From Candidatus Hydrogenedentota bacterium (lineage in GTDB: Bacteria > Hydrogenedentota > Hydrogenedentia > Hydrogenedentales > JAEUWI01): a DNA stretch of 64,000 nucleotides. The notes under the pieces are model-generated. The model saw only the letters and a list, made by a program, of their open reading frames with translations. It did not search any database and had not been told where the DNA came from. Location of the stretch: contig JAXMOL010000026.1 of assembly GCA_034669905.1 (NCBI GenBank), forward strand, positions 34,612-98,611, in the 5' to 3' direction. Made by a program: the position numbers and the translations under genes. Shown piece after piece: positions 1-8,311 of the stretch (positions within the stretch are counted from its first letter, which is position 1; the number at the start of each line of letters is the position of its first letter).

Positions 1-214
1 AACATCGCACCATCAAGAATTGAACGCAGGAACAAAACATCCCCAGGCTGAGCCCGGGAACGTGATAAAACGGTAGTTCCGCTACGTCTCAGGGACTACA
101 GAGACAGCAGGGAAGGTTACCTGCTGTCCTTGTCGTCCCTGAGAACATGCGAAAACGCCGTAGTACAACATTACCCGCCGTGAAGGCATCAAACAACCAC
201 GAAGGAGAGAATCC

Positions 215-1180
215 ATGAAATTAGGATTGCTGACCTGTATGTTCGGCGACAAGCCGTTGAAAGACGTCTTGGAAATCATCAAGCCCCTGGGCCTCGACAC
301 CGTCGAGCTCGGTGCTGGCGGTTACCCGGGAGATGCCCACGCGCCCACCAAAGAGCTGCTGGCTTCCAAGCCCAAGCGCACCGAGTTGCTGGCCATGATT
401 AAGGGCGAAGGCCTGGAAATCAGTGCCCTGAGCTGCCATGGCAACTCCCTGCACCCCAACAAGGCCCTCGCGAAGGAATTCCAGAAGGCCCAGTCCGATA
501 CCATCAAGCTGGCTGGCTTGCTCGGTGTGAAGACCGTCAATGATTTCTCGGGCTGCCCCGGTTCCGACAAGAAGGCCCAGCAGCCCAATTGGGTGACCTG
601 CGCCTGGCCGCCGGACTATCTTGAGATCCTGGACTACCAGTGGAACGACGTCGTCATTCCCTACTGGAAGAAGCAGGCCAAGTTTGCCAAGGACAACGGC
701 GTCCGTGTGGCTTTCGAAGCCCACCCCGGCTTTGTGGTCTACAACACGGAGACCCTGCTTAAAATCCGCAAGGAATGTGGTAACAACCTGGGTGCCAACT
801 TCGACCCGAGCCACTTCTTCTGGCAGGGCATCGAGCCCATCGAGTCGGTCAAGGCCCTCGGCGGCAAGGCCATCTTCCACGTTCACGCCAAAGACTCCAA
901 GGTGGACCCGGTAAACGGTGCCGTCAATGGTGTGCTGGATACGAAGCACTACGGCGACGAAGCCAACCGCAGCTGGCTCTTCCGCACCTGCGGCTACGGC
1001 CACAGCCTTGAGTGGTGGAAAGACTTCTTCTCCACCCTGCGCCTCGTCGGTTATGACGGCCCGGTCAGCATCGAGCACGAAGACAGCCTCATGTCCAGCC
1101 AGGAAGGCCTCACCAAGGCCGTTGAATTCCTTAAGCAGTGCATCATCCGCGACAAACCCGGTGCCATGCACTGGGCCTGA
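215..1180 (+). CDS. Sugar phosphate isomerase/epimerase (xylose isomerase-like TIM barrel)
   Basis: 321 aa; metal-binding pattern FEAHP, NFDPSH, HVHAKD, SIEHED; RBS GAAGGAG upstream. Confidence 0.85.
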   Translation: MKLGLLTCMFGDKPLKDVLEIIKPLGLDTVELGAGGYPGDAHAPTKELLASKPKRTELLAMIKGEGLEISALSCHGNSLHPNKALAKEFQKAQSDTIKLAGLLGVKTVNDFSGCPGSDKKAQQPNWVTCAWPPDYLEILDYQWNDVVIPYWKKQAKFAKDNGVRVAFEAHPGFVVYNTETLLKIRKECGNNLGANFDPSHFFWQGIEPIESVKALGGKAIFHVHAKDSKVDPVNGAVNGVLDTKHYGDEANRSWLFRTCGYGHSLEWWKDFFSTLRLVGYDGPVSIEHEDSLMSSQEGLTKAVEFLKQCIIRDKPGAMHWA

Positions 1181-1201
1181 TGCCCCGCATAATCCTGTAA
1201 A

Positions 1202-1237
1202 AAACGAGGAGCACGGAAAGTCCCGTGCTCCTCGTTT
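1202..1237. terminator. Hairpin between convergent genes, probable bidirectional terminator
   Basis: aaacgaggagcacgg-aaagtc-ccgtgctcctcgttt, perfect 15-bp stem. Confidence 0.7.
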
Positions 1238-1262
1238 CGTAACAGATTGTGCTTCGAAGTGG

Positions 1263-1877
1263 CTATTCCATTTCGGCCAGGTTCTTCAATTCTTTTTCAT
1301 AGCAGGCCGGACAATAGCTGTGGGTAAAACTGGCTTGCGTATGCTTGCTCACATATTCTTCCACCACGCTCCAGTAGCCCCCGTCATCCCGAACTTTCTT
1401 GCAACTCGCACAGATGGGAATCAGACCACGCAGCGTCTCCACATCGGCCAGGGCTGATTTGAGCTGCTTGATGAGTTCGTCCTTTTCCTCTTCGCGCTCA
1501 CGCACGGTTGCCCGGAGTCGGGCCCGCTCCATGGCGTTGTTAACCGCACGGCGCAGATCAAGCTCCCGCAGGTCGCTCTTCGTCAGGTAGTCGTCGGCAC
1601 CCTCCTGAAGGGCCTGCACGGCGAGGGACTCGCTACCCCGGGCAGTACAGAGGACGGCCGGAATCATGGCCTCGACCAACTGGGGGACGAGCATGATGCC
1701 TTCCCCGTCGGGCAAGCGGTGATCCAGCAGGACACAGTCGGGCGTATGCGCTTCCAGCACAGCGCGCGCAGCCTGGAGGCTTTCGGCAAGCAGATAGTTG
1801 AACTCTTTTCCCAGGTGTCGTTGAACCGATTCGCGAAAAACGGAGTCATCGTCTACCACTAGCAACGTTGCGCTCAT
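1263..1877 (-). CDS. Response regulator (REC + coiled coil + C-terminal Cys/His zinc-ribbon-like domain)
   Basis: LLVVDDD, LLDHRLPD and ADDYLTK receiver motifs; C-terminal IPICASCKKVRD...FTHSYCPAC. Confidence 0.85.
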   Translation of the reverse strand: MSATLLVVDDDSVFRESVQRHLGKEFNYLLAESLQAARAVLEAHTPDCVLLDHRLPDGEGIMLVPQLVEAMIPAVLCTARGSESLAVQALQEGADDYLTKSDLRELDLRRAVNNAMERARLRATVREREEEKDELIKQLKSALADVETLRGLIPICASCKKVRDDGGYWSVVEEYVSKHTQASFTHSYCPACYEKELKNLAEME

Positions 1878-2317
1878 TCAAAATTCCCCTGTGGAAAATC
1901 CACCAAATTGCAGTAGTTGTCCAGCATGCGAACGACCTCCTGGAAGTTGGCGCTGATGTGGGTTTTTAAAATATAGCCTGCGATACTACGGGCGTAACTT
2001 TCTTTCAGATCGGTCTCGTCTCGGGACGTCGTCAGGACGAAGACTACGGCATGTTTCAGGCGCGGATCAGCCCGCAATTCGTCAAGAAACTCGATCCCGT
2101 TCATGCGTGGCATCTTCAGGTCCAGCAGAATAACGAAGCGCGGAATGGTCGTATGGGCCACGAAATCGCGCAGCTTTTCGAGGGCTTCGAGGCCGTCCCA
2201 CGCCCGTTCCACCTGATACGGAGACTCACACTTCCGGAAGGCACGGGTTACCCGCTCGGCCTCCACATCGTCATTCTCCACCAGGAAAACGGTGATATTG
2301 GCACTGGAAAGCGACAC
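1874..2317 (-). CDS. Single-domain response regulator, Rcp1/bacteriophytochrome-RR-like
   Basis: FLVEND, ILLDLKMPRMNGIEFL, VFVLTTS, AGYILK; 4-nt overlap with the next gene. Confidence 0.85.
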   Translation of the reverse strand: MSLSSANITVFLVENDDVEAERVTRAFRKCESPYQVERAWDGLEALEKLRDFVAHTTIPRFVILLDLKMPRMNGIEFLDELRADPRLKHAVVFVLTTSRDETDLKESYARSIAGYILKTHISANFQEVVRMLDNYCNLVDFPQGNFE

Positions 2318-2467
2318 AACGACCTCCCATTCAACTCGTAGGCTGATTCAGACAGATGCATGGTTTTTAGTGGATTTCACGGTGTTGTCGCTGCCCTGCG
2401 GACTATTTCTACACCGTAAACCCCGAATATACACTATAGTTTACACGATTGGTCGGATGAACGGCAA

Positions 2468-3970
2468 TCAAATCAAGAGCGCTCGGGGCCATGTGAACGA
2501 AAATTCGCTGCCCTCACCGGGCGTTGAGACCACCGATATCGTGCCTCCGTAGGTTTCGATAGACTTCTTGATAATGGCCAGCCCCATGCCGCTGCCTTCA
2601 ACCTGGTCTCGGGGCCGCAAGGTTTCGAACATCATGAAAATACGTTCGTGAAACTCGGCCTCGATTCCCGGGCCATCGTCACTGATCGTAAATCGATACT
2701 GGGTCGCTTCTTCCACACAGTCGACCCGGACGACGCCGTCCTCGCGGTCGTGGTGCTTGATGGCGTTGCCGATGAGGTTGTGGAAAATGTGACGAAGGGG
2801 GGTCTGGACAGACTCAAGTTCGGGTAAATCGGGACTGATTTCGAAGCGAATCGTTTCGGGGGGTTGGAGCATGATAATCACGTCATCGATCAGATCGCGC
2901 ACCTTGAAGCGCTGTATGGCCGTTTCCAGACGTCCCGCTCGGGAATAGTCCAGCAGGTCATTGAGCAGGGTCTTCAGGCGGGCCGCCCGCTGTTGAATCA
3001 GCTCCAGGTGGCGCTTGGATTCGTCGGGGAGCAATTCTTCCGCATCCTCCTGTACCCAGGTGGCGAGGTTTTCAATGCCCTCCAGCGGCGTGCGCAGGTC
3101 ATGACTGGCCACGTAGGCGAATTCGTCCAATTCACTATTGCTGCGCTCCAGGTCGGCGGTGTAACGTGCCAGCGTCTGTTCCGACCGCTTGCGCTCGGTG
3201 ATGTCCACAATGGACGCCAGGACCAAGGTCTCTCCTTCGTCCTCGATGGGATTCAGCCCGATTTCCACTGGGATTTCCGTGCCATCCTTGCGCAGGCCGT
3301 AGAGGTCCCGGCCATGCCCCATCGGTCGGGACTCGGGATTGCCATGAAATGCCGAACGAAAATCAGGGTGTTTCTCCCGGTGTCGCCTGGGAACCAGCGC
3401 TTCGATGGAGAGGCCGATAAGTTGTCCGGGGCCATACCCGAAGATCGTGCTGCAGGCGCTGTTCGCCATGGTAATGACGCCTTTTTCATTCACGATAACA
3501 AAGCCGTTGGGAGCGGCCTCAAAGACGCGGCGAAGCCGATCCTCTGACTTTGTGGTGGCCAGCAGGGCTTCATTAAGTTCCGTATTGATGGCGCTCAACC
3601 GAGGGAGATGGAGGGCTTTGGGTATTACCGAAATCAGCGCAAACACGGTGGCCCAGGAAACCACGGCCGTGACGAGCTTTACCACCCCAGACAGCCGATA
3701 GGTGGGCCACCAGAAGATGCCGGCATCGAGGAGGTGGGTGGTGCCGCAGGAGAAGATAAAGGCCGCAAAGAGCCAGAATACCGGCAGGAAGGGGAAATCT
3801 TTCCGTTTAAGGATAAAGTAAGCCAGGATGGCTGGAATGGCCATGTAGGCCCCCCAGATGGCCGTATCGGAGGCGATGTGAAGCCACCCGTGGCCCGTAC
3901 TCCAGTTCCCGCAATGCCACCGCGAAGGAAAATCAGTGGTGTCGAAGAGTTTTTGCCAGAATTCCAACAT
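2468..3970 (-). CDS. Membrane sensor histidine kinase: ETR1-type ethylene-binding domain + PAS + HisKA + HATPase
   Basis: Three N-terminal hydrophobic helices with SD..Y..IP..I..CG..H; PAS (APNGFVIVN...GLRKDGTEIPVEI); H-box ASHDLRTPL; NLIGNAIK, DDGPGI and GSGMGLAI boxes; start set at the ATG of MLEFWQK. Confidence 0.9.
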   Translation of the reverse strand: MLEFWQKLFDTTDFPSRWHCGNWSTGHGWLHIASDTAIWGAYMAIPAILAYFILKRKDFPFLPVFWLFAAFIFSCGTTHLLDAGIFWWPTYRLSGVVKLVTAVVSWATVFALISVIPKALHLPRLSAINTELNEALLATTKSEDRLRRVFEAAPNGFVIVNEKGVITMANSACSTIFGYGPGQLIGLSIEALVPRRHREKHPDFRSAFHGNPESRPMGHGRDLYGLRKDGTEIPVEIGLNPIEDEGETLVLASIVDITERKRSEQTLARYTADLERSNSELDEFAYVASHDLRTPLEGIENLATWVQEDAEELLPDESKRHLELIQQRAARLKTLLNDLLDYSRAGRLETAIQRFKVRDLIDDVIIMLQPPETIRFEISPDLPELESVQTPLRHIFHNLIGNAIKHHDREDGVVRVDCVEEATQYRFTISDDGPGIEAEFHERIFMMFETLRPRDQVEGSGMGLAIIKKSIETYGGTISVVSTPGEGSEFSFTWPRALLI

Positions 3971-4180
3971 CGTTTCGCCATTCTGCTGGGCTGGGTGCCA
4001 TGGTGGCATCCCATACCAAGCCGTCGTTACCTCGGTCCGCCTCAGTCACTGCCGGTCTATAGTGAACCTTGCGTACACGAAAGTCCACCACCATGCATCC
4101 TGACGGCGGGAAGGCGCGGCCTGTTCGCGCGCCGCGGCCCGCGGAAAACACCGTCCGCCCTGCCCGTCCGATTCGGGACA

Positions 4181-5731
4181 CTACCCGGTCCCACCGCCCC
4201 GCATACGCTCCAGCAGATTCCGGGTGATGCGTTGCACCCGCGCGTCGGGCCCTTGTGGTTCCGTGTAGGTCGACGGCCGCACATAACCCGGTGGCTCGGC
4301 CAGTCCGTCGGCCCACCAGATAGTGGCTGCGTTGAAAACCACATTGTCGCGTGGCCCGGGGTAGACCGTGGCGGCGTAGGTGCCCTCGGCACTGCCTGTG
4401 GAAGCCGTTCCGGTGGCGACCACTGCCAGGCCGGGGATATCGGCCGGCGCGCCATGCCATTCGAAGCCGACGAGCCCGGGGATCCCCTCGCCGTTCTTCA
4501 TGCCCGTGCCGTCGAAAATCCAATGCTCTTCCGCGCTGCAGATCCAGTCCGCACCGCCCGAAACCGGGTAGACATCGCGTCCGCCCATCATGAGGGCCTG
4601 GTCGGGGCCCTGGTGGGGATAGGCCCCCACGGCTGGATAACGCTTCACCAACTCTTCATCGACCGGTCCGAAATGGTCAATGCGGGTAATGCTGCGGTGG
4701 GGGTGTTTGGCCGCGTCGGGCAGGAGGTCTACCATGCCCCAGCAGGTATCACCCGAGAAAAATCCCGCGCTCATGCCCCCTTTGATGGCCGCCATGACAT
4801 GGTCATACATGGGACGGGTCCAATACTCATCATGACCCACCGAGAGGAAGCCCTTGACGCGGTGAAGTCCCGGACCATCGGAGTGGGTGTCGAGATTGGA
4901 TGTATAGGTGACATCGTAACCCTGCTGTTCCAGCCAGTACGCCATGGGGAATTCCCACAACAGGAATTCACCCGACCCGATAGACAGGGGCGTGTCCACC
5001 ACCTGGCAGTACTTGCCATATGGGCGGTTAAAGCTCGTGGCCGTGCCCGCCCCCAGGTACCACTCCGATTCGCCGTCGTCATAGAGGGCAAACTGGTCGG
5101 GCCAGCGGTTATAGGCATTCCAGGTCGTGTCGCTGCACTGAAACATAAAATCAGCCCGGCGGTCGTCCCGTACAATGAAAATGACATAGCTCTGAATACC
5201 GTCCTTCTGCTCTGTCAATTTGCCCAGGTAAACCCCACTGACCCAGTCTTCCGGAATCTCAAAGGACAGGCTGGGCTCCCATTGGCAGTCCCGCACCCGC
5301 ATGGCACCCACGTCCGGGTCAGGTTGGGTTTGCGCCTCAATACGTTCTGGTGGGCGTACCAGGCGGCCACCTTTTCCGCCATAGTAGCCCATGCGATAGA
5401 ATTCGATAGAAACGGACGCGGGGGGATTGGCGGAAACCATAACGTCGAGCTGGTCACCAGCGCGCAGCGAGGTGGCATTGCAATAGCCTTCGACGCGGGG
5501 ACTGCGGTAGCGTGTTTCCGGTGCGATGTGGGTCTTGCGGAGCATCCAATCGGTCGTGCCTTCACGGCTATTCTCGCGCGGAATAACACGGGCGGAGGAT
5601 CGCACTTTTGAGGTGGCACCCGTGGCAGAGGCAACTCCCAGCATCCCGAGTCCCAGTGCAGCCCCTTTTAAGATATCGCGGCGTGGAAGTTGTTCCTGCA
5701 CGGGGCCGTCATTTTCTGTCGATTCCACCAC
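4181..5731 (-). CDS. Tat-exported N,N-dimethylformamidase beta-subunit-like (DUF6605-type) protein
   Basis: Twin-arginine RRDILKGAALG; TWNAYNRW, SFNRPY, LSVGHDEYWT and VFNAATIWW motifs; start set at GTG 5731 after RBS GAGAGGA. Confidence 0.7.
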   Translation of the reverse strand: MVESTENDGPVQEQLPRRDILKGAALGLGMLGVASATGATSKVRSSARVIPRENSREGTTDWMLRKTHIAPETRYRSPRVEGYCNATSLRAGDQLDVMVSANPPASVSIEFYRMGYYGGKGGRLVRPPERIEAQTQPDPDVGAMRVRDCQWEPSLSFEIPEDWVSGVYLGKLTEQKDGIQSYVIFIVRDDRRADFMFQCSDTTWNAYNRWPDQFALYDDGESEWYLGAGTATSFNRPYGKYCQVVDTPLSIGSGEFLLWEFPMAYWLEQQGYDVTYTSNLDTHSDGPGLHRVKGFLSVGHDEYWTRPMYDHVMAAIKGGMSAGFFSGDTCWGMVDLLPDAAKHPHRSITRIDHFGPVDEELVKRYPAVGAYPHQGPDQALMMGGRDVYPVSGGADWICSAEEHWIFDGTGMKNGEGIPGLVGFEWHGAPADIPGLAVVATGTASTGSAEGTYAATVYPGPRDNVVFNAATIWWADGLAEPPGYVRPSTYTEPQGPDARVQRITRNLLERMRGGGTG

Positions 5732-6011
5732 AATAGGATTCCTCTCTTCGTTGGACACGACCGCATCGTAGCCAATCCCGCCGACAGAATGGAAACCCCG
5801 GGCCATTTCGGCCACCTCTGCAACGGAGAAGGCACCGTGTTCCCAAGGCGCGCGGGTACCCCGTACGCGGTCAATGGCCCTTCGTCGATTCAAAATGACG
5901 ACCATAAGAGAGGGCCCGGCAGGACTCGCTGATAGTCGCTTCAGGGCACGACCCGGCGATGCCGGAATGGAAATCCCTCCGAAGGCCTGGCCACTCCTGA
6001 GCGGCGAGCCC

Positions 6012-6043
6012 AATAAAAAATCCCCACGCAGACCGCGTGGGGA
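6012..6043 (-). terminator. Rho-independent terminator of yebC
   Basis: Minus strand tccccacgc-loop-gcgtgggga followed by a T tract. Confidence 0.75.
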
Positions 6044-6073
6044 GATGATACAAACGATTCGATGCGGAATGTC

Positions 6074-6826
6074 CTAGTCGGCCATCGCGGCTTCCATGGC
6101 TTCATCGGTCAGTTCTACATTGTTAAACACTTCCTGGACGTCTTCGTCATCGTCCAGCATTTCCATGAGGGTCAGCATGGTCTTGAGCTGTTTGATTTCC
6201 AACTCAACCGTGGTCTTGGGGACCATCGTCAGCTTGGCTTCCTTGGGCTCGATGCCCATGCCCTCCAGGGCCGTCGCCACATTGTGCAATTCCGTGCTGT
6301 CCGTGGTGATGTCGTAGGTTTCCCCCTCCATGTCCACGTCTTCCGCACCTGCCTCGGTAGCCTTCTCAAAGATGGCGTCGTCATCGAGGCCTTCCTTTTC
6401 GACCACGATCAGGCCCTTCTGCTCGAAGTTCCAGCTCACCGCGTTGGTCTCGGCCATGCTGCCACCATACTTGCTCAGCAGATGGCGGATATTGGCCACG
6501 GTGCGGTTCTTGTTGTCGGTAAGGGTATCGATGATGAGACCCGCACCGGCTGGGCCGTAGCCTTCATAGCGTTGGGACTCATAGGTGGCGCCTTCAATTT
6601 CGCCCGTACCCTTGGCAATGGCCCGTGCGATATTGTCTTTCGGCATGTTCTCGCCTTTGGCGGCAAGCAGCACCGTACGGAGGCGGGGGTTCATGTCGGG
6701 ATCGCCACCGCCCATGCGGGCCGCGACGGAAATTTCCTTGGCGAGCTTGGAGAAGATTTTGCCCCGCTTGGCGTCGAGGGCACCCTTCTTACGTTTAATA
6801 GTGCTCCATTTAGAGTGACCGGACAT
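6074..6826 (-). CDS. yebC: YebC/PmpR family protein
   Basis: MSGHSKWSTIKRKKG, NPRLR, YEGYGPAG, TDNKNRT, DDDEDVQEVFNN. Confidence 0.95.
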   Translation of the reverse strand: MSGHSKWSTIKRKKGALDAKRGKIFSKLAKEISVAARMGGGDPDMNPRLRTVLLAAKGENMPKDNIARAIAKGTGEIEGATYESQRYEGYGPAGAGLIIDTLTDNKNRTVANIRHLLSKYGGSMAETNAVSWNFEQKGLIVVEKEGLDDDAIFEKATEAGAEDVDMEGETYDITTDSTELHNVATALEGMGIEPKEAKLTMVPKTTVELEIKQLKTMLTLMEMLDDDEDVQEVFNNVELTDEAMEAAMAD

Positions 6827-6944
6827 GCACTGAGATCTCCATAAGACTAACGTGATTGGGGGAAGGTGAAGGCGACATTGTAACAAAGGAAACCGAATCC
6901 ACGCAAAGCGCCGTGCACCGGTCCGTTGCACGTTCCATCAAACG

Positions 6945-6972
6945 AAAAACGCGACACCCGGGGGTGTCGCGT
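6945..6972 (-). terminator. Terminator of the V/A-ATPase-EIIA operon
   Basis: Minus strand acgcgacaccc/gggtgtcgcg followed by ttttt. Confidence 0.75.
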
Positions 6973-6998
6973 ATCGTGTGTCTGGTAATCTGGGCTGC

Positions 6999-7475
6999 TC
7001 ACAGCTCGTTGCCGTCTTCCGCCGCTTCAATCAGCTTGAGGGCTTCTACGGGACTCACGGCCGCCTGCAGTGCCGTGACCAACTCGCGGTCTTCCAGGAG
7101 GTGCTGAATGCCCCGGATGGCCTGAACTTCGCCTTCGAAGTCCTTCTTGGGGACCAGAAGCAAGACGATGATTCGGGCCAGTTTGCCATCCAACGAGCGA
7201 AAGGGGATGCCCTTGGGGGCAATACCGATAGCGCAGATGACGTCTTCCACGAGGTCGGTTGCCAGGTGGGGCACCGCAATGCCCCGCTCCATGCCGGAAC
7301 CGAGGGAATCTTCATCCGCGTAGAAGGCTTCCAAAATCACATCACGCTGCTTCATGGGCAGTTCGTGGTGCTGAATCAGCAGGTCCACCAACTCGCTCAT
7401 GGCTTCCCGCTTCTTCTCGGCTTCCAGTTTCACCGTAATCAGCTCAGGACGAAGAATCTCGTGTAAGTGCATCAT
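6999..7475 (-). CDS. PTS EIIA domain protein (PtsN/fructose-mannitol type)
   Basis: GSGMERGIAVPH with the phosphorylatable His; GIPFRSLDGKLARIIVLLL; ATGA overlap with subunit D. Confidence 0.85.
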   Translation of the reverse strand: MMHLHEILRPELITVKLEAEKKREAMSELVDLLIQHHELPMKQRDVILEAFYADEDSLGSGMERGIAVPHLATDLVEDVICAIGIAPKGIPFRSLDGKLARIIVLLLVPKKDFEGEVQAIRGIQHLLEDRELVTALQAAVSPVEALKLIEAAEDGNEL

Positions 7476-8161
7476 TGGGCCTGCTCCTTCGCTTCCTGCT
7501 CCGCACGGGCCTTTTCCTGGGCCTTACGCTTCTGCACGGCTTTCTTGCCCTTGATTTTCTTCAGTCGGAAGGTGTCTTCCCGTTCGCGCTCGTCCAGCAC
7601 CGTGGCAATGGCACGCATCTGACCACGAAGGCGGGGGAGAAGGTATTCTTCCAGGGCGTTGATGCGGCGGGAAACCTTCTTCACTTCCTCACCCACAATC
7701 TGCAGGTTACGCTCCAAGGGGGCGCAGACCAGCAACTGGGCCAGCATATGCTCCGAGCACTCGGACGCTTCCTGGACGTGGGCGGAGGTGTCGAGTAGTC
7801 CCATGCCACGCTGGGCGGGGGTACGGACGATACCCTTCTGGTCGATGCGGCCCAGAACGAGGCCCCACACTTTCTCCGATTCCACGGAAAGGTGCAGTTC
7901 CCGACGGCCGGCCACCGCGGCCGACTTGAGCTCGGGCGTGCCGCGCACGGCGCGGGCCATGGCCATGACGTTACCTGCCAGGCGACCCTTATCGTGCAGG
8001 TCATCCCGCATCTCACTGAGTTCCCGGGCACGTTTCAGCAGTTCCTGCATGAGGGCGTCCCGTTTGCCCTTCAAAAGGCCCACGCCATCCGAAGCCATTT
8101 TAATCTGGCCCTTCAGGAGGAGCATATTCATGCGCGTTGGCGCGAGGCTATCCATACTCAT
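7472..8161 (-). CDS. atpD: V/A-type ATP synthase subunit D
   Basis: PTRMNM..LK, LLKGKRDAL, KKVSRRINALE, LDEREREDTFRLK. Confidence 0.95.
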   Translation of the reverse strand: MSMDSLAPTRMNMLLLKGQIKMASDGVGLLKGKRDALMQELLKRARELSEMRDDLHDKGRLAGNVMAMARAVRGTPELKSAAVAGRRELHLSVESEKVWGLVLGRIDQKGIVRTPAQRGMGLLDTSAHVQEASECSEHMLAQLLVCAPLERNLQIVGEEVKKVSRRINALEEYLLPRLRGQMRAIATVLDEREREDTFRLKKIKGKKAVQKRKAQEKARAEQEAKEQAQ

Positions 8162-8261
8162 CGTTCTAAGTCTCTTGTGAAGTTTGAGTGTCCGGGGCGT
8201 TGGCCACCACACACTGCGCTTCGATTGCTCATCTCGCCTACCCCATACAGGTAGAAGAGCG

Positions 8262-8295
8262 GCCTGACGAAGTCACCATAGGGACTCCGTCAGGC
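8262..8295 (-). other. Intercistronic stem-loop between subunits B and D
   Basis: Minus strand gcctgacggagtc...gacttcgtcaggc, with a G-U pair on the mRNA strand; no U tract. Confidence 0.45.
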
Positions 8296-8311
8296 AGCAG
8301 TAACGACGATA

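Noticed and set aside
3608..5611. 667-aa plus-strand ORF
   Set aside because: Antisense shadow of two well-supported minus-strand genes; no recognisable motifs
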